From the NCBI GenBank assembly GCA_018238625.1, contig JABCSY010000053.1, positions 1 through 27,654 on the forward strand: DNA of 27,654 nt. Reading direction: 5' to 3'. The notes under the pieces were generated by a model that saw nothing but the letters and a program-made list of their open reading frames with translations, was not told the DNA's origin and did not search any database. This DNA is from Promethearchaeota archaeon (lineage in GTDB: Archaea > Asgardarchaeota > Lokiarchaeia > Sigyniarchaeales > SOKP01). Of this stretch, positions 1-8,327 are shown piece by piece (within the stretch, counting starts at the first letter, position 1; every line of letters begins with the position of its first letter). Made by a program: the position numbers and the translations under genes.

Positions 1-2660
1 AGGTTTTCAATCTCTACTACTAATATCGTTAAGCTACCGTTAATTTCTGCGATATAACTAGAATATTGATAAACCGAGTAGTTGTTTGCACCATTAGAGA
101 CTGTCCACGTTAAAGTAAAATTGCCGTCGTCGTCAGGACTTCCCGCATTTGAGGAGATTACAAAGCTACTATCAAAAGTGGTGTTAAACGATATTGGTAC
201 TTGTCCGATTATTCTATTGCCATCGTAGGCGGTTATATTACCTGTAACGACGGGGTAATTCTCGGGAGCGATAGGTATTTGTATATCTTTTTGATAGGTG
301 TGATATGTCGTCTGATCGAATAAAATCGTTCCGAGTTGGACGCTTTCGAGCTTGACCGTCGCGTATTGTCCAAAATCGGAAAGAATAACGTTGCATAACT
401 CCGCTGAGATCGCGTTAACCCCCCCTAAGACAACTGAGGGGGAATATTGAGCGTTTATTCGCACCCGATCGTTTTTAGCCATTTCGCAAACCCAGAGAAG
501 CGCCTCTTGTTCTATTCTTTCTCTGTTGGAAGACAAATAAAACTCGTTGTAAGTATCTGAATAAATCGAGCGTATCAGACCGTGCGATTGCTCCACGTCG
601 AAGGCGATTTCTAAGTCTAAAATCTCGGATATTTTGTAGCAATAATATAGGTTTTTAACGTTTGAGTAGTTTAAGTTGTTTACCGCGAAGTTTTCGATTT
701 TTGAGGAGTTTAGAGCGAATTGATCGGTCGCTTTCAGAGCGTAAATCGCGTAGTACAGGTTTTCTAAACGGTCTTCTACTTTATCGGAGTATTTTAAGTC
801 AAAATAGAGCTCCAAGGGCGTTTCCACGACGTTTCTAACGATATAAGTCGCCAAGGCGGTTTTATCGAAACTCAAATTAGTAATAGAACCTAACCCTAGA
901 TAATCGGAAATAAGCTCCATAACTTTTATCGCGTAAAAAGAGTATTTCAGATAAATCATTCTATTTTTCCATTCCGAAGAACTATATATGTTATCGTGCA
1001 AAAAAGCTCCGAAGTTTTCTTGGTATTCTGGAGCTGGATCGAGAAATTGCGAGTCGATTACTCCTTGCAATACGGAATTAAGGTCTCGGGAAGCGGCAAA
1101 ATCGTTAAGTTTAAATATCTTCTGAAGCGAACTAAGAATCGAGTAAGTTTCTTTATGGGAGTACATCACGTTTATTTCGTCGACGTGCTTGTGATACCCC
1201 AGAGTGTAATAATCGAACGGTTTAGAGCGAAAACTCGGGACATTTGGGTTCAGGTTAGTACAGGCAGAAAAGTAGTTTCTCCCGCCCATATATAGCGCGC
1301 TACCTTCTAACAGGTCGTACAACCCTTGTATGTCTAAGTCCGCTATTTTATCGAAATAATCGTAAGAAGAGATAATAGTATGGATAAGTTCTACTGACGT
1401 GTAATCTTCCGAAAGCAACGAGTAGCCATTATACCGAGAGAAAAGTTTTATAAAGCTAGCGATTTCGTCTTTCGCGCTTAAATCCAATTCCGAAATAGCC
1501 CCCGTGTTTGCCAGCGAGCGAACTATTTGGAAAGTGTCGATTAACTCGTGGTACTTAATGGTAGTCGAGGCGTCCCAACCGCCCAAAGCGTTCCGATTGT
1601 CGATTATGAAACCAATTACCCCTGCTCTATCAATCCCCGTAAAGCCCGTTAAGTCCGACAGTTCTAGATTGATAGCAGTTGCCACTACGTTAGTGTAATT
1701 ATCGAGCCAAGCCACCGAAGATATGTCGAAGTAAAAATCTTCGGGGTGGTAAAGGTCGGTTAAGTCTTGGTGAAATCTATTTGCGTCAATAACATTAATA
1801 TAGCTACTTCCGAAAGTTTCTAAGGTTTTTACGGCGTAAAAAGAGGCGAATTGGTTCGGTTCCAACTCTAACAAAGAATCGAACAGGTAATTTTTGTCGT
1901 TAAAAAATCCAGTGTGAGAGCCTAACGATTGCAACCCGTCTATATAGCCCACGATACCGCTCCTTTCTTGGGGATACGAGCCCCAGTCAGATATAAGGAG
2001 GTCGAGCGTTGTCACCGCGTAATAAGTGTTGTCAGCAGTGGGAATTTTAAAACCATCTTCTAAGGAAACTTCGTACGGCTGACCTATAAATCCGTGTAGG
2101 TTAGGGTGGTAGCACTGCCAAATAAAATCGATGGTTTCGGCTGTATCGATTAAGCTTAAAGCGTTAAGAATGTCTAAGGAAAGCACCGCGTAGCAATTAA
2201 TCTCAAGCAACGTAGTTAAGGGTAAATACAAGCCCGGTATCGTAGAAGCCAAGTATCTTTTCGCGCTGGCGTCTAAAAATTGATGGGAGGTAGAATTGTA
2301 AAAAGACATTACGTAATTAGTAACTTCCCCTTGGTCGATTTCGCTTAGTTTTCCGATGGAGTTTAACACGTATAAAGCGTAATAAGTAGCCTGAAGCGAT
2401 GGCTGGTAAACCTGCGGATAATAGCCTTTTTGGGCGTAATTGTTGCCTTTAGCGTCGAAAATGCTTTCTATAAAGTCCAAGTTGGTCGCGTTAGCGGCGT
2501 TTAAAAGTTCGAAGTAGTTCCCACGTTCAGCGTTAAATTTTTCGGAGCCGTCTGGCAGAGCTTGCCTCGAATCGTCGTTTGCCAAGAAACAAAAGGTAAG
2601 CGCAATTGAAACGATTGCAATTAGCGCTACTTTTCTTTTTTCGTTTATTTTTAGTTGCAT
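1..2660 (-). CDS. Large secreted/surface protein (>886 aa, truncated by window edge): signal/TM segment, prenyltransferase/squalene-cyclase-like alpha-alpha repeats, then beta-rich/FN3-like domain
   Basis: Manual translation from ATG at 2660 (MQLKINEKRKVALIAIVSIALTFCFLA...) stays open to position 1. It has recurrent helical motifs (SLQATYYALYVLNSIG, TADNTYYAVTTLDLL, FASFYAVKTLETFG, KYSFYAIKVMELI, ENLYYAIYALKA) with GF/GGW turns, and ends SSNAGSPDDDGNFTLTWTVSNGANNYSVY. Absent from the ORF track because there is no stop in the window. Confidence 0.8.
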   Translation of the reverse strand, partial: MQLKINEKRKVALIAIVSIALTFCFLANDDSRQALPDGSEKFNAERGNYFELLNAANATNLDFIESIFDAKGNNYAQKGYYPQVYQPSLQATYYALYVLNSIGKLSEIDQGEVTNYVMSFYNSTSHQFLDASAKRYLASTIPGLYLPLTTLLEINCYAVLSLDILNALSLIDTAETIDFIWQCYHPNLHGFIGQPYEVSLEDGFKIPTADNTYYAVTTLDLLISDWGSYPQERSGIVGYIDGLQSLGSHTGFFNDKNYLFDSLLELEPNQFASFYAVKTLETFGSSYINVIDANRFHQDLTDLYHPEDFYFDISSVAWLDNYTNVVATAINLELSDLTGFTGIDRAGVIGFIIDNRNALGGWDASTTIKYHELIDTFQIVRSLANTGAISELDLSAKDEIASFIKLFSRYNGYSLLSEDYTSVELIHTIISSYDYFDKIADLDIQGLYDLLEGSALYMGGRNYFSACTNLNPNVPSFRSKPFDYYTLGYHKHVDEINVMYSHKETYSILSSLQKIFKLNDFAASRDLNSVLQGVIDSQFLDPAPEYQENFGAFLHDNIYSSSEWKNRMIYLKYSFYAIKVMELISDYLGLGSITNLSFDKTALATYIVRNVVETPLELYFDLKYSDKVEDRLENLYYAIYALKATDQFALNSSKIENFAVNNLNYSNVKNLYYCYKISEILDLEIAFDVEQSHGLIRSIYSDTYNEFYLSSNRERIEQEALLWVCEMAKNDRVRINAQYSPSVVLGGVNAISAELCNVILSDFGQYATVKLESVQLGTILFDQTTYHTYQKDIQIPIAPENYPVVTGNITAYDGNRIIGQVPISFNTTFDSSFVISSNAGSPDDDGNFTLTWTVSNGANNYSVYQYSSYIAEINGSLTILVVEIEN

Positions 2661-2865
2661 AATGCTTCACGCGTAAATTTTTTTAGTTTTAATTAAAATT
2701 TAAAAAACTACAAAATCGTACATATTTAAAAGAAAATTTTTTTCGAGCAGGGGTTTTAACTTCGAAATGATTCTAAAAGAAAGATTTTTTTTAATTTTTA
2801 ATCTAAAGGGCTAGCACATTATTATCCAGCAAAAAAATCATCTTCTTTCTTTCCTTTTTTTATTT

Positions 2866-2882
2866 CAGTATCTAAGTATTTA
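2866..2882 (+). repeat. IS left terminal inverted repeat
   Basis: CAGTATCTAAGTATTTA; 15/17 match to the reverse complement of 4382-4398. Confidence 0.85.
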
Positions 2883-2932
2883 TTTTTTTTATTATTATTT
2901 TCGATGGTCAGCAAGCCGACATTATTTGTAAT

Positions 2933-4240
2933 TTATCCGACCACCCCACGTGATTTTTTCTCTGATGAAAGAAATGATTCCATCAAGTAGTCTTGATTTT
3001 GAACTAATGTCCAACCTGGCCCCTTACCTTGATTTCTACTAGAAATTTGAATTAGCTTTTTATTCATTTTCCACGAATTATATAGGAGCATTCTTACCAA
3101 CATATCCAAATATCGGACATTATCATAGTTTGACTTCCAACGACGATTAATTCGATTTAAGTCGGAGAAACCTGTTTCGATCAACCATCGTCGACGATAA
3201 AATAGTGCCGTGCGGGACGCCCAAGAGCTTGTCTTGCCTCGAGGCTTCTCGGTAGTCATTATTAAGAATAAACGCTTTCGAGCATCGTCCAACGATATTC
3301 TTCCCGCTTTATAATCTCGCTTGACTCCTTGAAGAGTGAATTGATTTTTTGCTTTTATTATCACATAAACATGCCGAGAAAATCGACATTTTGCGGCCGT
3401 CTTGCTAGAAAACGTGTATTTCCGCACTCGACCATGCGTTCCCTTGAGATAATCGGTAAGGAATTGCTTGATCTTTTTATATTTCTTGGCAGGAATGATG
3501 ACCTCACCCCCCATTCCTTTAATCCTATCTAATAGTTCAGCTCTATAGAATTCTCTATCCATCAACACGAAGCCTAACTTAAATCCCAGCTTAAGTAATC
3601 TTTCAAGAAACTTTAAGATGATGGGTATTTTAGACTGACCCGTTGCCACTTGTTCCAATCCTGCATAAAGATGTGTTTCTCGGGACAATATCGAGAAGCC
3701 GAGGTAATGACGCATTTTTAGCGTTCCTTTCTGCCGGTTCGTTCCTTTGATCATGTTATCCTCTCTCTTTCCAAAATAAGGATGTTCAGTGAAATCAATG
3801 AGCACATTTACCTTCTTTGAGATGAACTCTTGTTTTAAGGCATCCAAGAGCTGCCCATCCAAGCACCCACGTAAGATCTTCTGCGCTTTCCTAAACCCAA
3901 TCTTGCGGAGATACTTGTTGACTTCTGTTTGGTGAGGTATCGCGCGCTTTCTCCGTCCATCCGCAAATATTTTTGGTCTTCCTCCTCTATGGCTCATTAG
4001 ATGGGCGTTGAGCAATTCACTCGTGTCATGAATGGACCTACCTAGTAATTCTGAGAAGAAGAACACCTTCAAAAACTCCTCCTCTTCATATCTCGAATTC
4101 TTGCCCTTTTTAAAACGCCAGGTACGAGAGGTAACTTCATCACAAAACTTTTTAAAAAAAGACAGCATATTATGATTTGAAAGAAGTGATTTTATGCCCG
4201 AGTTCCTAACCGAATTAGGAAATATATTGCCTGGTAGCAT
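2933..4240 (-). CDS. DDE transposase (ISH3/IS4-like)
   Basis: Motifs LIDFTEHPYFG (first D), LMDREFY (second D) and YRRRWLIETGF (YREK-type E). Basic composition; lies between the TIRs. Confidence 0.9.
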   Translation of the reverse strand: MLPGNIFPNSVRNSGIKSLLSNHNMLSFFKKFCDEVTSRTWRFKKGKNSRYEEEEFLKVFFFSELLGRSIHDTSELLNAHLMSHRGGRPKIFADGRRKRAIPHQTEVNKYLRKIGFRKAQKILRGCLDGQLLDALKQEFISKKVNVLIDFTEHPYFGKREDNMIKGTNRQKGTLKMRHYLGFSILSRETHLYAGLEQVATGQSKIPIILKFLERLLKLGFKLGFVLMDREFYRAELLDRIKGMGGEVIIPAKKYKKIKQFLTDYLKGTHGRVRKYTFSSKTAAKCRFSRHVYVIIKAKNQFTLQGVKRDYKAGRISLDDARKRLFLIMTTEKPRGKTSSWASRTALFYRRRWLIETGFSDLNRINRRWKSNYDNVRYLDMLVRMLLYNSWKMNKKLIQISSRNQGKGPGWTLVQNQDYLMESFLSSEKKSRGVVG

Positions 4241-4381
4241 ATATTAATAATATCACTTCTTTCTTAAAAGTTTTAAGGTAGATTTCCGATGGAAATCAAT
4301 TTAAAGTTTGAATATAAGCATTTGCAAAATTGAAATAAAATTTACGAAAGATAAGATTCAGCTCAAGGGGTTTCTAACATC

Positions 4382-4398
4382 TAAATCCTTTGATACTG
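4382..4398 (-). repeat. IS right terminal inverted repeat
   Basis: TAAATCCTTTGATACTG on + strand, which reads CAGTATCAAAGGATTTA on - strand. Confidence 0.85.
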
Positions 4399-4545
4399 TT
4401 TTATTTATTTTTTAGGTTTAAGTTAAGAGTCTAATTACTCGTTATATGAAATTATTAAATGAATAAGCTATTGAAACACTCCTTTTTTGGAAAAACTTAG
4501 ATATATACAATAATTTTATTAATTAAAAACACTAAAGGTGTAAAA

Positions 4546-4938
4546 ATGTTAGAAGTGTATAATAGTAAGCATAAAAAAATAGGATATATAGATGGAAAAA
4601 ATTATTTAAATAAAAAAAATAAAAAAATAGGTTCTTTAGAAGGAAACGTAGTTAAAAACAAAACCGGATTTCCTCTAATGAAGTTTGATAAACATAATAA
4701 TATCTTAAACAATATTGATTCGCAAATAGCTTTCATTTTAGATTCAAAAATTGGTAATGATGACGGACCTATGTGTGAAATTTTAAAAGAGAAAGGTGAA
4801 ATTCTTGATCTTGAAGGGGAGGTTATTTTATCTCTGGAAGGTAACTATGAAACGTTAGAATTAATAGATTTTTTAGGAATTGCTGCGACTTATCTTAAAT
4901 CCATATGGAGTGAGAGGATATTAGGAATTAAGTTTTAA
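4546..4938 (+). CDS. Hypothetical protein with short beta-hairpin-like repeats
   Basis: 130-aa ORF with AGGTG SD 5 nt upstream. Repeats VYNSKHKKIGYI / YLNKKNKKIGSL / VKNKTGFPLMKF / ILDLEGEVILSL. Confidence 0.75.
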   Translation: MLEVYNSKHKKIGYIDGKNYLNKKNKKIGSLEGNVVKNKTGFPLMKFDKHNNILNNIDSQIAFILDSKIGNDDGPMCEILKEKGEILDLEGEVILSLEGNYETLELIDFLGIAATYLKSIWSERILGIKF

Positions 4939-4966
4939 TATGTGCTTCACACTAATGAAATACTTT

Positions 4967-5527
4967 TTATATTTTTATTTTTAACCAATCTTCTTTTAGG
5001 AGCGAATAAATATAATTATCCAAGTATTCTCCGTTAACATACATATCTTTCTTAATTGTAGCTTCGCGGGTAAAACCGTTTTTCTCTGCGCAACGCCACG
5101 ACCCTTTATTAACAACGAGGATAGAGGCTTTAAGTTTAAAAATGTTTAGTTCGTTAAACGCATATTCAACTAATAACCTTGTAGCTTCTTCTCCAATTTT
5201 TTGCCCCCAATAATCGGGCTCTCCGATAATCAACCCTAAATAGGCTTGTTGGTTGTACCAGTTGATATCAGCCAATTCACCAAAGCCAATCGTCTTTTTA
5301 TCTTTTTTGTGCCAAATTTCGAAACTTACTTCATTTTTAAGTTTTTTATCGGAAGGCTCTAGATATTTCTTAAGCTCTTCTACAGTACGAGGTAAAATAT
5401 TACGAGAGTAGATCCGAACTTTTGGGCGATTCTCCCATTTTGCGTATAGTTTGATATTTTCAATATTTAACGGGACGAGATCTATAGTTTCTCCTTCGAT
5501 AAAGGTAAAAATATCTTGATTCTTCAT
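4967..5527 (-). CDS. GNAT N-acetyltransferase, RimJ/RimL/SpeG-like (copy 5)
   Basis: Acetyl-CoA motif IIGEPDYWGQKIGEEA; AFNELNIFKL; GFTREATIKKDMYVNGEYLD..YSLLKEDW tail. Confidence 0.92.
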   Translation of the reverse strand: MKNQDIFTFIEGETIDLVPLNIENIKLYAKWENRPKVRIYSRNILPRTVEELKKYLEPSDKKLKNEVSFEIWHKKDKKTIGFGELADINWYNQQAYLGLIIGEPDYWGQKIGEEATRLLVEYAFNELNIFKLKASILVVNKGSWRCAEKNGFTREATIKKDMYVNGEYLDNYIYSLLKEDWLKIKI

Positions 5528-5552
5528 ATTTATATCAAATGTAAATATTATT

Positions 5553-6110
5553 TTATTTCTTTGATTTTAGCCAATCTTCTTTTAAATATCTATACATCCT
5601 CGCATCGACATACTCTCCATCGATATACATCATCTTCTTCTCAACACCTTCTAACACAAAACCAGCTTTCTCAGCCACGCTCCACGAACCTATGTTAGGC
5701 TCAAATATTCCCGCGTAAATCTTATGAAAATTAAGCTCTCCAAATCCATAATCAATTAAAAGTTTCGATGCTTCGGTTCCTAAGTTTTTATTCCAATATT
5801 TTGGCTCGCCTATTGACATAAATGTATTAGCGTGTCTATTTATCCAATCAATGCGTCCATATCCACAAGTTCCAATTGGTACTTTATCCTTTTTATGATA
5901 AATTTCAAAAGTTACAAATTCCTTTATCCCTTCCCTTGGTTCAAACCATTTTTTTGATTCATCAGCGGTAATTGGCATTGTATTACGAGCATATCTTCTT
6001 ACGCGAGGGTTGTTTATCCATTTCGCGTACAAATTAACGTGTTCTAAATTAATAGCAACCAAGTCAATGTTTTCTCCTAAAATAAAGGGAAAAACTTCTG
6101 GTTTTTCCAT
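5553..6110 (-). CDS. GNAT N-acetyltransferase, RimJ/RimL/SpeG-like (copy 4)
   Basis: IGEPKYWNKNLGTEA; GFGELNFHKI; N..S..VAEKAGFVLEG; GAGGTT SD 7 nt upstream of ATG. Confidence 0.92.
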   Translation of the reverse strand: MEKPEVFPFILGENIDLVAINLEHVNLYAKWINNPRVRRYARNTMPITADESKKWFEPREGIKEFVTFEIYHKKDKVPIGTCGYGRIDWINRHANTFMSIGEPKYWNKNLGTEASKLLIDYGFGELNFHKIYAGIFEPNIGSWSVAEKAGFVLEGVEKKMMYIDGEYVDARMYRYLKEDWLKSKK

Positions 6111-6169
6111 CTTCTATAACCTCATAAGTTTTCAGTTTAAATTATTCATTTGATTTTTTAAAATAGTAA

Positions 6170-6730
6170 TTATTTATTCGTCTGTTCCCATTCTTCTCTA
6201 AAAATACAAAAGATCAATTCATCGACATACTCTCCGTTGAAATATGTTTGATTTTTCAGTACTAATTCGAGTTTCATTCCAATTTTCTCAAGCATACGAC
6301 AAGCTCCTTCATTTGGCCTTAAAGCTGAAGCTGTAACCCTAACTAAGTTTAATTCTTCAAATCCGTATTTGATCATTAGTTTTGCTGCTTCTGTACCCAA
6401 ATTTTTACCCCATAATTCTTTTTCTCCTATTAAGACGCTTAAATCTGCTGCGTGATTTATATAATTAATATTATGGAATTCTACAAAACCAATAATTTTA
6501 TCAAGTTCTTTATTATAAATTTCAAAAGAAATATCTCTCTTTGGTCGCTCTTGTTGTTGCTCTAAACGCTTCTTTAGATCTTCAGGGGACACTGGAAAAA
6601 GATTTCGGGCGTATAATCTCGCTTTAGGGTCGTTCTTCCATCTAGCGTGGATCTTTACATTTTCAGAATTAATTGGGAGAAGTTCTATGCGTTCCCCCTC
6701 AATAAATCTTATTTGTGTATTTTTTTCTAT
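6170..6730 (-). CDS. GNAT N-acetyltransferase, RimJ/RimL/SpeG-like (copy 3); frame extends to a probable ATA start at 6730
   Basis: The ORF track starts at GTG 6592, but the frame is open upstream: (I/M)EKNTQIRFIEGERIELLPINSENVKIHARWKNDPKARLYARN, which aligns with the paralog N-termini. An in-frame TAA lies two codons above the ATA and GGTGAG is 6 nt upstream. This gives 186 aa, like the paralogs. Confidence 0.85.
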   Translation of the reverse strand: MEKNTQIRFIEGERIELLPINSENVKIHARWKNDPKARLYARNLFPVSPEDLKKRLEQQQERPKRDISFEIYNKELDKIIGFVEFHNINYINHAADLSVLIGEKELWGKNLGTEAAKLMIKYGFEELNLVRVTASALRPNEGACRMLEKIGMKLELVLKNQTYFNGEYVDELIFCIFREEWEQTNK

Positions 6731-6758
6731 AATTTACTCACCAATCGTTTGCTTAATA

Positions 6759-7356
6759 TTAATCGTCTTTCATTTTCCAATCTCTTTTTAAAAGCGAAAA
6801 TCTATGATTATCGTGATATTTTCCATCAATATATATTGTTTCTTTTATAATTGCTTCTTTTTCAAATCCCAATTTCTCAGCTGCGCGAAGAGATCTTTTA
6901 TTTGGGCTAAAGATTCCCGCATGAATTTTATGTAAATTCAATTCGGTAAAACCGTATTTAATCACTAGTGCACAAGCTTCACCGGCTATACCCTTTCCCC
7001 AATGTTCGGGTTCCCCGATCAATGCAAAAAGATTAGCGTTCCTACTACCCAATTGATCTCATCTAACCCCACACTACCAATTGGCCGTTTTTCTTGCTTA
7101 TGAAAAATCATAAAATTTGCAACATCCCTAATATGTCTGTCTGGTGAATGTTCGAACCTTTTTTTACATCTTCAAGAGTCTTTGGCCATATATTTCGAGA
7201 ATAATGACGAACTTTTGGATTATTAATCCATTTACAAAATAAATTTACCCATTTCGAATTTCCAGCGACTAAATCGATCCTTTCTCCTTCTATAAAAGGA
7301 AATACATCATTTTCTTCTTCCTTACCTTCTTTATCTTTTTTTTCTTCTGTCATCAT
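6759..7356 (-). pseudogene. GNAT N-acetyltransferase (copy 2) interrupted by two 1-nt deletions (pseudogene or homopolymer sequencing error)
   Basis: ORFs 7108-7356 and 6759-7052, plus the intervening frame FEHSPDRHIRDVANFMIFHKQEKRPIGSVGLDEINW, align continuously with 7389-7985. Breaks are at the T7 run 7159-7165 and the C3 run 7048-7050. Confidence 0.85.
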
Positions 7357-7388
7357 TAATCCTTCAATTATTAATTGTTAATCATCTT

Positions 7389-7985
7389 TCATTCTTTCAT
7401 TTTCCAATCTCTTTTAAACAACGCGAATTTGTGTATGTCGTGATATTGCCCGTCAACGTACATTTCTTCTTTTAAAACGCCTTCTTTTTCAAAACCTAAT
7501 TTTTCAGCTGCGCGAAGAGACCTACTGTTTGGTGTAAAAACTCCAGCAAAAATTTTATGAAAATTCAATTCAGTAAAACCGTAATTGATCATGAGATTAG
7601 AAGCTTCACCAGCTATTCCCTTCCCCCAATATTCAGGTTCTCCGATTGTTAAAAATATGTTAGCATTTCTACTAACCCAATTAATGTGATTAAATCCTAT
7701 ACTACCAATTGGCCGTTTTGCGTGCTTATGATAAACGGTAAAGACAATAAATTCCCTCATTTGTCTGTCTGGTGTGGGTTCGAACCATTTCTTTACTTCT
7801 TCGAGAGTCTTTGGCCACATATTTCGAGAATAATGACGAACTTTTGGATCGTTCATCCATTTACAAACTAAATTAGCCCATTTAGAGTTACCAGCAACTA
7901 AATCAATGGTTTCTCCTTCTATGAAAGGAAATACGTCATCTTCTTCTTCTTTCTTATCTTCTTTAACTTTTTTTTCTTCAGTCAT
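7389..7985 (-). CDS. GNAT N-acetyltransferase, RimJ/RimL/SpeG-like (copy 1), with charged N-terminal extension
   Basis: TIGEPEYWGKGIAGEA; GFTELNFHKI; NSRSLRAAEKLGFEKEG; N-terminus MTEEKKVKEDKKEEEDD. Confidence 0.93.
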   Translation of the reverse strand: MTEEKKVKEDKKEEEDDVFPFIEGETIDLVAGNSKWANLVCKWMNDPKVRHYSRNMWPKTLEEVKKWFEPTPDRQMREFIVFTVYHKHAKRPIGSIGFNHINWVSRNANIFLTIGEPEYWGKGIAGEASNLMINYGFTELNFHKIFAGVFTPNSRSLRAAEKLGFEKEGVLKEEMYVDGQYHDIHKFALFKRDWKMKE

Positions 7986-8040
7986 GATTTAACATCAAAT
8001 AATATCCATAACTCATTGAATTTGATTAAGAAATCAAAAT

Positions 8041-8100
8041 GAGAGTAAAAATTAATATTTTTACATTTAAAATAAAAAAAGAAAAAATTAAATAATTTTT
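8041..8100 (-). terminator. Possible oligo-T archaeal terminator downstream of the histone gene
   Basis: Minus strand reads ...AATTTTTTCTTTTTTTATTTT... within about 50 nt of the histone stop. AT-rich background weakens the call. Confidence 0.35.
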
Positions 8101-8114
8101 ATTAACAGACTTAC

Positions 8115-8327
8115 TTATAATAACTTCATTGCCAAGGTCATGTCGTTGACAGTTAATTTCTTTCGGCCGGCGTGTCGAGTCATTTCTAATGCTTTATTGG
8201 TTACTCCTCTCGCTGCTTTCTCTAAATAGTCGATTAAAGCGTCTACTGCTTCGCGAGCGACCATTTCAGCGCCGTTATCTTTCATTAACTTTCGAACTGG
8301 TGACCAGGCAAATACTTTTTTAGCCAT
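8115..8327 (-). CDS. Archaeal histone (HMf-like single histone fold), probably 70 aa starting MAKK
   Basis: FAWSPVRKLMKDNGAEMVAREAV...ALEMTRHAGRKKLTVNDMTLA aligns with HMfB (G16, H49, R52, D59, L62 kept). GGAGGA SD at 8337-8342 abuts ATG 8336 but is 9 nt from ATG 8327, favouring the latter. Confidence 0.95.
   Translation of the reverse strand: MAKKVFAWSPVRKLMKDNGAEMVAREAVDALIDYLEKAARGVTNKALEMTRHAGRKKLTVNDMTLAMKLL

Larger units (their letters stand above)
2866..4398 (-). mobile_element. Insertion sequence, ISH3/IS4-like, 1533 bp, apparently complete
   Basis: Terminal inverted repeats CAGTATCTAAGTATTTA (2866-2882) and the reverse complement of 4382-4398, CAGTATCAAAGGATTTA, match 15/17. Flanked by TTTTATTT at 2858-2865 and 4399-4406. 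Encloses one DDE transposase. Confidence 0.85.

Noticed and set aside
996-1698. ORF-track ORFs 996-1295 and 1504-1698 (+)
   Set aside because: Antisense shadows of the long minus-strand gene 1-2660; no recognisable motifs.
4967-7985. Calling the GNATs Gcn5/Elp3-type histone acetyltransferases or GNAT toxins
   Set aside because: Motifs match the RimJ/RimL/SpeG subfamily and no antitoxin-like partner genes are present. Histone activity is kept only as a hypothesis.
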